46,499 nucleotides of DNA from a bacterium. GTDB taxonomy: Bacteria > Desulfobacterota > S145-22. Shown in pieces: positions 37,515 to 46,244 of the stretch. Every line of letters starts with the position of its first letter. The first letter of the stretch is position 1. The translations under genes and the position numbers were made by a program. The stretch covers positions 1 through 46,499 of the forward strand of contig JALTIG010000272.1 of assembly GCA_027004185.1 (NCBI GenBank), given 5' to 3'. Below the pieces are notes generated by a model. It was not told where the DNA came from, did not search any database, and worked only from the letters and a program-made list of their open reading frames with translations.

Positions 37515-38264
37515 GTGGGGAGGTCTGTCAAGGCACCCATACCGTTTGAGGGTGCGTATGTACGAAGTGTCCTGCCCAGAGGGAAACCAAAGGATATTGC
37601 GTTAGATGCCACGCTGAGGACGGCGGTCCTGTTTCAGGAGAGGCGCGGAAAGGGAAGGGATCAACCCCTGATTGTGCGTCCCGGGGATATACGGGTGAAA
37701 TGGCGACAGAGGAAGGTGGGTCGGTGTGTGCTTTTTGTTGTGGATGCCAGCGGTTCCATGGGGGTCCAAGCCCAGATGCGAGAGACCAAGGCTGCTATTT
37801 TATCTCTTCTTCACAGGGCATACCAGAATCGGGATCGGGTGGGTCTGGTTGTATTTCAAGGGATTCGGGCTCGCCTGGTACTTCCGCCGACCGGTAGTGT
37901 GGATCTGGCTCGGAGATATCTGAGGGTTATCCCGACGGGAGGGAAGACGCCATTGGCCTCCGGACTGGCTTTGGGATTGGCGACGATAAAAATGGAAAGG
38001 CTCAAGCACCCGGGAGAAAGGGCCTTGATGATTATCGTATCGGATGGCCGGGCCAATGTTGCTCTCAATGGGGAGGATCCACTGGATGATGCGGTTATGG
38101 TGGCCAAACGGATCTGGAGGAGTGGGGTGGATGTATTGTTCCTGGATACGGAGGTTGATCCCTGCGCCTTTGGATATGGATGGGATTTAGCTAGAATCAT
38201 GAAAGCAACTTACCTTTCACTTGAACAATTGGACGCAAGGCGTCTCGTTTCGCTCATTACATGA
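37515..38264 (+). CDS. VWA domain protein (ChlD/BchD C-terminal-half-like)
   Basis: MIDAS motif VLFVVDASGSMG, preceded by DIALDATLRTA. The first canonical start is the GTG at 37515, which has no SD. The same frame is open back to 37368, so the true 5' end is uncertain (see finding at 37368-37520). Confidence 0.75.
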   Translation: MGRSVKAPIPFEGAYVRSVLPRGKPKDIALDATLRTAVLFQERRGKGRDQPLIVRPGDIRVKWRQRKVGRCVLFVVDASGSMGVQAQMRETKAAILSLLHRAYQNRDRVGLVVFQGIRARLVLPPTGSVDLARRYLRVIPTGGKTPLASGLALGLATIKMERLKHPGERALMIIVSDGRANVALNGEDPLDDAVMVAKRIWRSGVDVLFLDTEVDPCAFGYGWDLARIMKATYLSLEQLDARRLVSLIT

Positions 38265-39916
38265 AAATGCCCGCTTCCTTTTCCCGTTCACATGCGACCC
38301 GCGAGTGTTTGGTGCGCTTATGGGTGGCGCCGGATCTTAAGGATATAGAGGACCAGGTCCGGAAGATCAGCGAGTTGGGTATTCGCAGTGACGCTAATAC
38401 GGTGGTTGTCAAGGAAAACAGGCTTCGTACTATATACAAGGCACATTTTCCCTTTTTTGAGGGTCCCGTTCTGGTTAAATCCTTTCATTTCCCAACCATG
38501 AGACGCACTCTGCGCGGGGTGTTTACCCCTTATGCCGATCGAGAATTGAAAAATGCTAAACAGGCTCAAAGGCGGGGTATTCCCGTTGTCGAACCGCTTT
38601 TCCTTATCCGGAAGAGGGAGGGATGGTTTCCAGCTGTTTCCCTCGTTGGATACCGATATCTGGAGGGGGTTTCTCTCTACCAGTGGTTTTCGGAGGGGAA
38701 GGGGCTGCCCGAAGAAGAAAAGGAGCAGCTACTGCGTGCCGCAGGTCTGTTTGCTGCCCTCTTGCACAAAAAGGGGGGACTACACAATGATTTTCATGCG
38801 GGAAACCTGTTAGTAAGAGATAATGGAACTCTAGTCCTAACCGATCTGTATCCCCTTTCTTTCAGCAGAAACCCTTCCCTAAAGAGCAGGATGGAAGGCT
38901 TATCACAACTTATCGCATCTTTGGCCCCTTTTGTGGGAAGGAAAGGGATCGACGTACTCCTTGACACGTATTGTAAGGTATCTAAAGTTCACCAGCCCTC
39001 AACCTTTAAAGAGAGGATCCTGGCACGCCATGTGGAGATTCGACGTCATCATGAAAAGAGCAGGTCCGCCCGCTGTATGAAGAACAGTTCCCAGTTTTAC
39101 CAGTTTCGAGATGACTCATGGCGCATCGCGGCGAGGCGGTTTATTACAGTAGATAAGATACAGGAACTTCTTGGTGAATTTAACGCTCTCTACCAGAGCC
39201 ACCCGGAAAGGGCCCTGAAGAATGCCCCTGAATCTGTGGTCTACATAGTAAAAAGACCTGGATCGGAGTGTGAGTGGTGTGTTAAATGGTATCGAAAGCG
39301 GGGTGGGCTAGATGATCTCAAGGAAGGGATTAGAGGAGGGCGTGCCTTACGGGCATGGAGGGCTGGGAATGGGCTGCTGTTCCGTGGGATGCCGGTGGTG
39401 ATTCCATATGCCATGGTTCAAACTAAGCAGGGTGGATTTTTGATTGCCGAGGCCGCAGAGGGGAAGGAATTGGATCGCTTGCTCTCCCGGTGGTTAGAGT
39501 TAAAGGATGGGGAGATTCGGCACCGCATGTACCCTTTAGCTGAGGAGTTGGGACATCTCTTGGGACAGCTTCATGAAAAGGGGATCTTTCATGCGGATCT
39601 GAAGGCATGTAACATAGTGGTAAAAGAGGATAAGAAGAAATTTTCTATCAAGCTGTTGGACTATGATCGCGTGAAATTTTTTGATATCCTACCTCAAAGA
39701 TTTATGATAAAAAACCTTGTTCAGCTTAATAATTCTATCCCAAAGGGGGTTTCCCGAAGCCTCCGGTTTCGGTTTCTTCTAGCCTATGTGGAGAAACATC
39801 CCATTATTAGGCTGAATGTGAAGGATCTTTTCCGGATGGTGTGGCATGGAAGCCAGGGGAATGCTATCGTGTATGTAACGGATCAAGGAGACAGGGAGGA
39901 AGATTGGGGATCCTAA
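38261..39916 (+). CDS. protein with two tandem lipopolysaccharide-kinase (Kdo/WaaP/InaA-type) domains
   Basis: 551 aa. First catalytic loop LHNDFHAGNLLV with LVLTDL; second FHADLKACNIVV with KLLDYD. The ATG overlaps the VWA stop (ATGA). Confidence 0.65.
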   Translation: MKMPASFSRSHATRECLVRLWVAPDLKDIEDQVRKISELGIRSDANTVVVKENRLRTIYKAHFPFFEGPVLVKSFHFPTMRRTLRGVFTPYADRELKNAKQAQRRGIPVVEPLFLIRKREGWFPAVSLVGYRYLEGVSLYQWFSEGKGLPEEEKEQLLRAAGLFAALLHKKGGLHNDFHAGNLLVRDNGTLVLTDLYPLSFSRNPSLKSRMEGLSQLIASLAPFVGRKGIDVLLDTYCKVSKVHQPSTFKERILARHVEIRRHHEKSRSARCMKNSSQFYQFRDDSWRIAARRFITVDKIQELLGEFNALYQSHPERALKNAPESVVYIVKRPGSECEWCVKWYRKRGGLDDLKEGIRGGRALRAWRAGNGLLFRGMPVVIPYAMVQTKQGGFLIAEAAEGKELDRLLSRWLELKDGEIRHRMYPLAEELGHLLGQLHEKGIFHADLKACNIVVKEDKKKFSIKLLDYDRVKFFDILPQRFMIKNLVQLNNSIPKGVSRSLRFRFLLAYVEKHPIIRLNVKDLFRMVWHGSQGNAIVYVTDQGDREEDWGS

Positions 39917-40698
39917 AAACACTTGCGCTTGACGCCAGTGATCTATACAAATACCGGGTCCTGATCTGGACCTTGACAGTTAAGGAACTGAAGCTTCGAT
40001 ACCGGGGATCAGTCCTTGGGTTTTTTTGGTCGTTTTTGAATCCATTGCTTCTGATGGCGGTTTATGCCCTGGTTTTTTCCGTTTACATGCGGATACAGAT
40101 GGAACATTATGCGGTTTTCATGTTTTGTGGGTTATTGCCCTGGATCTGGTTTTCCGCTTCGCTTCTGGAAGGTGTGAACAGCATCGTTGGAAAGGGAGAT
40201 CTTATTACCAAAGCCTTTTTCCCCCCACAGATCCTTCCCCTGGTAACACTTTTTTCCAATCTTATCAATTTTCTCTTGAGCCTGCCCGTTCTTTTTATCT
40301 TTCTCTGGGCGTGCCATATTTACCCCGCATGGCCACTCGTGACTCTGCCGCTACTCCTGTTTGCCCAGTTTCTTTTCACCCTGGGGCTGGCTTTGGCCCT
40401 CTCTGCTCTCAACGTTCATTTTCGTGACCTGACGCACATTCTGGGGAATCTTTTGACCCTTTGGTTTTTTGTTTGTCCTATCATTTATCCCTTAAAACAG
40501 GTCCCGGAGCGTTTCCGGTTTCTCATCGATTTTAATCCCATGGGCCTTTTGACGCTTATGTATCAGGATGTTTTCTTCTACAATAAGCTGCCGAATTTAA
40601 GGATCCTTGGGTGGTTGATTATTCTTGGGGGAGGGATTGTTATTATTGGAAACGCTATTTTCAATGTCTACCGTGAATCGTTTGCGGAGGACCTATGA
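39904..40698 (+). CDS. wzm: ABC-2 type polysaccharide/O-antigen exporter permease
   Basis: The conserved N-terminal block ..YRVLIWTLTVKELKLRYRGSVLGFFWSFLNPLL and six TM segments. Start proposed at the TTG at 39904 (GGGAGGA upstream; 264 aa). The ORF track ATG at 39841 would overlap the kinase gene by 76 nt. Confidence 0.8.
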   Translation: MGILKTLALDASDLYKYRVLIWTLTVKELKLRYRGSVLGFFWSFLNPLLLMAVYALVFSVYMRIQMEHYAVFMFCGLLPWIWFSASLLEGVNSIVGKGDLITKAFFPPQILPLVTLFSNLINFLLSLPVLFIFLWACHIYPAWPLVTLPLLLFAQFLFTLGLALALSALNVHFRDLTHILGNLLTLWFFVCPIIYPLKQVPERFRFLIDFNPMGLLTLMYQDVFFYNKLPNLRILGWLIILGGGIVIIGNAIFNVYRESFAEDL

Positions 40699-41921
40699 GT
40701 GAAATAGCTATCGAGGTTGATCATGTCTCAAAGCGCTTCAAAAGGTCTGTTCTTAGAAACAACTATGTCACCCTGAAGGATGTCCTGCTGCGCAGGCGAC
40801 GGGTTTCAAAACGGGATCGTTTTATTGATGTCTTAGAGGATATTTCGTTTGCAGTTCCAAAGGGTAGGACGTTTGGGATCATCGGGAAGAATGGTTCAGG
40901 CAAGAGCACTTTACTGAAACTGATTGCGGGGATCTACCGTCCTGACTCTGGGCGTATCAGGGTACGTGGAAAACTCTCTTCCCTGATAGAGCTAGGGGCG
41001 GGATTTCACCCCGAGTTTACGGGGCGTGAGAATGTCTACATTAATGGGATCCTTTTGGGGTTAAGCAAGCAACAGGTCCAAGAACGATTTGATCGGATTG
41101 TCCAGTTTGCGGAGTTGGAGGATTTCATCGATATGCCTGTTAGGACCTATTCGTCTGGAATGTATATGCGCCTTGGGTTTTCCGTGGCTGTGCATGTAAA
41201 CCCTGAGATCCTTATTATTGATGAAGTGTTGGCCGTGGGCGATGAATCTTTCGGACACAAGTGTAAGGAGATTATCCGGCAGTTTAAGGCGTCCGGGAAG
41301 ACGATCGTAATGGTCACCCATGATATGTCTGCGGTGGAGCGCTGGTGTGATGAGGCGCTATGGCTTAACAAAGGTCAAATAGCTGACCGGGGAGAACCGC
41401 GCCGCATTATCGACTGTTACCGAGAGAATGTTAAGGAGGATGAGGAACAAAACTTTGAGGTGGCGCATCAAATTGGGACCACCATTATGAGTGATCGATG
41501 GGGGGACCGGCAGATTGAGATCACCGAAGTCAGGCTTCTCAATGAGGCAAACATGGAACAGTCGATTTATCACATAGGTGAACCAACCATTATAGAGATG
41601 ACCTACCATATCCATCGTACTCCTACGCAACCCGTCGTATTCGGTGTGGGGATCTTTACTCCTGAGAACATCTGTTGTTATGGGACCAATACGGATATTG
41701 AAAAGATCCCCATTCAGTTGAACGAGGATAATGGAAAGGTCCGATTTGTCATAAAAGAAAATCTATTGATTGAAGGCACCTATTTTCTGGATGTGGCTGT
41801 GCATGCGGAGGATGGGTATCCCTTTGATTACATCCGGCATCAAACTGCCTTTGCCATTCGGAGTGGTATTAAGGATGTAGGGATCTGCCGACTGTCTCAC
41901 GATTGGGAGGTTAACATATAA
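40695..41921 (+). CDS. wzt: polysaccharide/O-antigen ABC exporter ATP-binding protein with C-terminal extension (Wzt-like)
   Basis: Walker A GKNGSGKST, signature YSSGMYMRL, Walker B ILIIDEVLAVGD, and a roughly 150-aa C-terminal beta-rich domain. The ATGA overlaps the wzm stop. Confidence 0.85.
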   Translation: MSEIAIEVDHVSKRFKRSVLRNNYVTLKDVLLRRRRVSKRDRFIDVLEDISFAVPKGRTFGIIGKNGSGKSTLLKLIAGIYRPDSGRIRVRGKLSSLIELGAGFHPEFTGRENVYINGILLGLSKQQVQERFDRIVQFAELEDFIDMPVRTYSSGMYMRLGFSVAVHVNPEILIIDEVLAVGDESFGHKCKEIIRQFKASGKTIVMVTHDMSAVERWCDEALWLNKGQIADRGEPRRIIDCYRENVKEDEEQNFEVAHQIGTTIMSDRWGDRQIEITEVRLLNEANMEQSIYHIGEPTIIEMTYHIHRTPTQPVVFGVGIFTPENICCYGTNTDIEKIPIQLNEDNGKVRFVIKENLLIEGTYFLDVAVHAEDGYPFDYIRHQTAFAIRSGIKDVGICRLSHDWEVNI

Positions 41922-42001
41922 TGAATTATGCTTCTACCATTATGAAGCAACTTAGAAACAGAGTATGAGAGGTTCTTGCTCTATACCGATTGGGAGGTAA
42001 G

Positions 42002-42964
42002 ATGGCGACATATCTTGTAACCGGTGGTGCCGGATTTATTGGCTCTCACCTTGTAGATGCACTTCTGGACCGTGGGGATACCGTGTTATGCCTGGACAAC
42101 CTTTCTACTGGAAAGATCGAAAATATCAACCATCTGGAGCTGAATGAGCGGTTTATGTTTCTAAAAGCGGATATCAGGGATATAGGGACGCTTCAACAAT
42201 TGATGAAGGGGGTTGATTTCGTTTTTCACGAGGCAGCGCTGGGATCGGTTCAACGATCGGTTGAGGACCCCTTTACCACCCACGATATCAATGGTACTGG
42301 AACCTTGAATATTCTGATGGCGGCAAGGGAGATGGGGGTAAAACGCGTGATTTATGCCTCTTCTTCTTCCGTTTACGGGGATAGTGAAACCCTCCCTAAA
42401 ATTGAAACCATGACCCCGTTGCCCAAATCACCTTACGCCGTTTCAAAGCTGATGGGTGAACATTATGCTTCTGTTTTTACGGAGCTTTTTGGGTTAGATG
42501 TTGTCTGTTTGCGCTATTTTAATGTTTTTGGCCCAAGGCAGGATCCCTTTTCTGACTATGCAGCCGTGATCCCCATTTTTGTCCGACAGTTGTTAAGGGG
42601 GGAGCCCCCCACGATCTTTGGAAATGGGGAACAGAGTCGAGACTTCACATATGTAGCAAATGTGGTGGAGGCCAACCTACGTGCCTGTGTGGCGAGAAAG
42701 GTTGGAGGGAAGGTGTTTAACATCGCGTGTGGAAGGCGGATCAACCTAAACTCCCTGCTTAACCTTTTAAAAGCCCTCATAGAGCCTTACAGAAGGGGAA
42801 CGCTGGCTATAGAACCTGTTTATGGACCACCGCGGCCCGGTGACGTGAAACACAGCCTAGCAAGTATTGAGGCTGCTAAATCCTGGTTGGGATATACCCC
42901 TACCTTTTCTGTGGAGGAGGGTTTGAAGGCCTCGATCGAATGGTACGTGAATAACTTACATTAA
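42002..42964 (+). CDS. NAD-dependent nucleotide-sugar epimerase/dehydratase (extended SDR)
   Basis: GGAGFIGSH Rossmann motif and YxxxK (SPYAVSKLMGE). Start at the ATG at 42002, 3 nt after GGGAGGTAAG. Confidence 0.85.
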   Translation: MATYLVTGGAGFIGSHLVDALLDRGDTVLCLDNLSTGKIENINHLELNERFMFLKADIRDIGTLQQLMKGVDFVFHEAALGSVQRSVEDPFTTHDINGTGTLNILMAAREMGVKRVIYASSSSVYGDSETLPKIETMTPLPKSPYAVSKLMGEHYASVFTELFGLDVVCLRYFNVFGPRQDPFSDYAAVIPIFVRQLLRGEPPTIFGNGEQSRDFTYVANVVEANLRACVARKVGGKVFNIACGRRINLNSLLNLLKALIEPYRRGTLAIEPVYGPPRPGDVKHSLASIEAAKSWLGYTPTFSVEEGLKASIEWYVNNLH

Positions 42965-42998
42965 GAAATGGGTGACCTAAAAGTACAGGAAGGTAATT

Positions 42999-43454
42999 GT
43001 GAAGATAGATGTCGAGACAGGGGGTTTCCCCTGGGAAAAGGCCCTTCAATCTGGGTTAAAATCTGGTCTTGCAACTACATTCAGGCTCTTAAAGGTGATG
43101 ATTCCCTTCTATTTTCTCATCGAATGGTTAAAGCTGACGCCAGTTTTAGGATGGTTAGGGCATTTTCTTGCCCCTGTCATGAAGATATGGGGGTTACCGG
43201 GAGAGGCTGGATTTGTGCTGGTGACGGGGAATCTGGTGAACCTGTACGCGGCCATTGCCGTAATGATCCCGTTGCATCTATCAGTCCCGCAGATCACCCT
43301 GATGGGGCTCATGCTTGGGATCTCGCATAATATCGTTTTAGAAACCGCTGTACTGAAAGAAGCCCATGCACCGGCTTTGAGGTTGGCCTTTCTGCGCCTC
43401 GCGAGCTCGTGTCTCGTAGGGTGGGTTGTCAGTAAGGTTTTGATGGGGAATTAA
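42999..43454 (+). CDS. nucleoside-recognition (Gate) domain membrane protein
   Basis: 151 aa. GTG start with an AGGAAGG RBS. The motif MKIWGLPGEAGFVLVTGNLVNLY resembles the Gate domain of FeoB/SpmA-like proteins. Confidence 0.55.
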   Translation: MKIDVETGGFPWEKALQSGLKSGLATTFRLLKVMIPFYFLIEWLKLTPVLGWLGHFLAPVMKIWGLPGEAGFVLVTGNLVNLYAAIAVMIPLHLSVPQITLMGLMLGISHNIVLETAVLKEAHAPALRLAFLRLASSCLVGWVVSKVLMGN

Positions 43455-43979
43455 ATGGCGCACATGTTGACCTTTCATGGCCTTATTGTAACCCCTCTTT
43501 TGGGGGCATTGAAACTGTCTCTTCGGTTGCTGGTGATTGTTGTGCCTTTGCTTCTGGTTTTCGAACTCATCAGGGCCCTCCCTTTCTGGAAACGCTTCGG
43601 TGGATTGAATGAACGGCAGGGGTGGGCGGACCGTGTTGGCCTTTCCCCTCATACCTTGGTTCCCCTTTTTACCGGGATCTTTCTTGGGATTGTTTACGGT
43701 GCAGGGGTGATTATCAAGATTTCAAGGGAAAAGGCCTTGGGGAAACCGGACATGTGGTTGATGGGACTATTTCTTGCTACATGCCACGCAGTGGTCGAAG
43801 ATACCCTGATCTTTGTTGTGGTGGGGGGGATGGGTTGGTGGATAATCATCCCGAGAATACTCTTGGCGAGCTTGCTTTCGCTAGGGTTTTTGTTAGGGAT
43901 GAAGTGCAAAATGCGAAACAAATTTCATATTAAACGAAATAAATTTCATGATGGTGGTTCAGGAAGACAAATTCATTAG
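43455..43979 (+). CDS. nucleoside-recognition (Gate) domain membrane protein, second subunit
   Basis: 174 aa polytopic protein. It starts directly after the stop of the previous gene, a pairing as seen in SpmA/SpmB-like two-gene sets. Confidence 0.5.
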   Translation: MAHMLTFHGLIVTPLLGALKLSLRLLVIVVPLLLVFELIRALPFWKRFGGLNERQGWADRVGLSPHTLVPLFTGIFLGIVYGAGVIIKISREKALGKPDMWLMGLFLATCHAVVEDTLIFVVVGGMGWWIIIPRILLASLLSLGFLLGMKCKMRNKFHIKRNKFHDGGSGRQIH

Positions 43980-44056
43980 TGTTCTGGAAAGGTGTGGAAA
44001 AACTTTTACTTTAATCTGATATGCCTTGCAAGTTTTTGGGATTTATCTGTAAAAAA

Positions 44057-44072
44057 TGGCATACAAATTGCT
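44057..44072 (+). promoter_or_regulatory. sigma-54 (-24/-12) promoter
   Basis: TGGCAT-ACAAA-TTGCT matches TGGCAC-N5-TTGCW with correct GG/GC spacing. It lies upstream of the pilin operon. Confidence 0.6.
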
Positions 44073-44089
44073 AAAAATAATAAAAGGGA

Positions 44090-44623
44090 ATGAGTGTGTT
44101 TAAGAAGATCCAAAGTTGCCGCGGCATCAGCGCTATGGAACTGGCCGTTGTACTGGCCTTGATTGCTATCATGAGCACGATGGCTGTCCCCTATCTCGGT
44201 GGATGGCTGGATCACTACCGGACGGTCGGATCTTCTCGAGAGGTGGCATCAACATTGCAGGCAGCGCGGATTAAGGCAATCACAACGAATCGGGAATGGC
44301 GTGTTGTGATCCAACCCAGCACAGGAACCTTTTATATGGAGCAGCAAGGCGATAATGGACAATGGATTCATGAGGGGGGGAGTAAAACCCTGCCGCGTGG
44401 GGTTAAATTTACCGATGCAGGTGGGAATGGTACAAGTCCTCAACTAAGCATAGCTTTTAAGCCTTCAGGTAAGGCGCTGTTTACTGTAGGAGCGAGAAAT
44501 TACATTGCATACTCTGTATACATTACGGGGAAATCTGGTGATCGCTACAAGATTACGGTCCTTTCACTCACTGGACGAGTCAAAATCTATGCATGGAATG
44601 GGAAAAAGTGGGCTTCTACGTGA
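44090..44623 (+). CDS. GspH/FimT-family minor pseudopilin
   Basis: Prepilin-type N-terminus MSVFKKIQSCRG|ISAMELAVVLALIAI (Gly-1, Glu+5), then LQAARIKAIT.N, typical of the GspH/FimT domain. Confidence 0.7.
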   Translation: MSVFKKIQSCRGISAMELAVVLALIAIMSTMAVPYLGGWLDHYRTVGSSREVASTLQAARIKAITTNREWRVVIQPSTGTFYMEQQGDNGQWIHEGGSKTLPRGVKFTDAGGNGTSPQLSIAFKPSGKALFTVGARNYIAYSVYITGKSGDRYKITVLSLTGRVKIYAWNGKKWAST

Positions 44624-44672
44624 TCGTTATTTATGGATGGAAATGTGTAGAAAGTAATTAAGGATTGCGAAA

Positions 44673-45152
44673 ATGCCTATAAAGTTGGAGGGGTACAAAG
44701 TGGTGCGATCGAATCGTTATGGTGGTAAGAGAACGGTCCCTAAGTATAGGCGAACTATTGGAGAATCAGGTTTTACCCTGATCGAAGTGATGATCGCGAT
44801 TTTGATCTTGGCAGTGGGGATGTTGGCCATGGCGATGCTTCAGGTGACCGCTATCAGGGGGGGCTCATTTTCGGATGAGGTAACCCAGGCGTCAATCTTT
44901 GGACAAAACAAGATTGAGGAATTGAGAAATACGAACTATGCCTCAATAAATAACGGCAAAGACTCTGTGAACAGCAGCACGGGGATAACCTTTACGCGTA
45001 CATGGACTGTAAAAGAAACCCCTCCGCCCGGGACCACAGGGGTTCCCTTATCAGAGATGAAATCCATCGTTCTGAAGGTGTCTTGGTTAGGGCCACATGG
45101 ACAGAAGCACCAGGTCCAATTTGCGACTATTGTGTATCCTGAGAAGATGTGA
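44673..45152 (+). CDS. pilV: type IV pilus minor pilin PilV-like
   Basis: ..GESG|FTLIEVMIAILILAVGMLAMAMLQ is the class III signal plus PilV-type N-terminus. An alternative GTG start at 44700 lies 6 nt after GGAGGGG. Confidence 0.75.
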   Translation: MPIKLEGYKVVRSNRYGGKRTVPKYRRTIGESGFTLIEVMIAILILAVGMLAMAMLQVTAIRGGSFSDEVTQASIFGQNKIEELRNTNYASINNGKDSVNSSTGITFTRTWTVKETPPPGTTGVPLSEMKSIVLKVSWLGPHGQKHQVQFATIVYPEKM

Positions 45153-45262
45153 GGTATCCGATATTGAGTAGGCAGGTGTTTTTTTGAAATCTCAGGTTTG
45201 AAAGGAACGTCTGTTAATAGACGTTTCATATTCAAAATCGATGAGTTTGGGGAAGAGGCTAT

Positions 45263-46243
45263 ATGTCTAAAATGATCTACAAAAAGGGGGAGGGATGTAT
45301 TGAAACAACAAAGAAAAAGCTGATCCCTAGGGATGCGGGGTTCACACTGGTTGAGCTCCTTATCGCTCTGGTTTTGAGCGTGGTGATTATAGGGGCCGTT
45401 TATTACAGTTTTAATACCCAGCAGAAGAGTTTTTCCCTTATCAATCAGAAAGTCAGTATGCGGCAGCAGGGAAGAGCTGCGATAGATTTTATGATGCGTG
45501 ACATCCGAATGGCGGGATCGAGGGTTCCAAAAAGCAAGGCTATGGTGATTACAGATTCAACGCAGGGTCCCGATCAGGTTTCAGTCCTTTTCGCGAGCTC
45601 TGAAAAGGATTTTATCTCAGGGTTTATCATTACCTCTTCGACGAATGGCAGTTCCGATTCCGTGACAGTGGTGACGCAGGACGGTAGCGGCTTTGCGCCT
45701 AACAATGCGTATTACAAAAAGAATATCATTTTGATGAAAAGGGATGGAAGTTGTAGTGTGATTAGAAAGATACAGAATTATGGTGTTTCTGGATCCGGTG
45801 CGTATAGAATATTCCAACTGACTTCTTCCCCAGCTTCTTCCATCTTCGGAGATTCTCAAGCGGACTTGTCTGCTAATTATAAGAACCAATATGCCTATAT
45901 AGTTTCGACAAATACGTACAGTGTTTCGTCTCATACCCTGTATCTAAATGAGAATAATGGCGGGCCTAAAGTCCCACTTTCGGAAAATGTGGACGACCTT
46001 CAGATCGCATACGTGGACAGGAAAGGGACATGGTACTGCACAGGCTCAAATTCAGCCTCGCCTCCGAGTATCCCTGATTTGAGTGCCGTGCGTATTACCT
46101 TGCTTGTCAGGACCGCTATCCCTGATCCGGATTTTATGGGACAACGCCCTGCCATTGAAGATCATGCGGCTGCCAAAAAGACGGATCATTATCGGCGAAG
46201 GTTGCTTAGATCGTATGTAAAAATCAGGAACCTGGGGTATTAA
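45263..46243 (+). CDS. pilW: type IV pilus minor pilin PilW-like
   Basis: ..RDAG|FTLVELLIALVLSVVIIGAVYYSF....Q, at a size (326 aa) and operon position typical of PilW. Confidence 0.7.
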   Translation: MSKMIYKKGEGCIETTKKKLIPRDAGFTLVELLIALVLSVVIIGAVYYSFNTQQKSFSLINQKVSMRQQGRAAIDFMMRDIRMAGSRVPKSKAMVITDSTQGPDQVSVLFASSEKDFISGFIITSSTNGSSDSVTVVTQDGSGFAPNNAYYKKNIILMKRDGSCSVIRKIQNYGVSGSGAYRIFQLTSSPASSIFGDSQADLSANYKNQYAYIVSTNTYSVSSHTLYLNENNGGPKVPLSENVDDLQIAYVDRKGTWYCTGSNSASPPSIPDLSAVRITLLVRTAIPDPDFMGQRPAIEDHAAAKKTDHYRRRLLRSYVKIRNLGY

Positions 46244-46244
46244 A

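Noticed and set aside
39841-39903. ATG at 39841 as the wzm start
   Set aside because: It would overlap the kinase gene by 76 nt and add a non-hydrophobic 21-aa extension not typical of Wzm. The TTG at 39904 has GGGAGGA upstream and gives the usual length of about 264 aa. This is kept as an alternative rather than excluded.
42968-43330. 120-aa ORF overlapping the first Gate-domain gene in another frame, and the 176-aa ORF 34255..34785 inside the TauE gene
   Set aside because: These are alternative-frame ORFs within membrane-protein genes. Their translations are Gly/Arg/Trp-rich with no motifs, while the membrane-protein frames show coherent TM periodicity.
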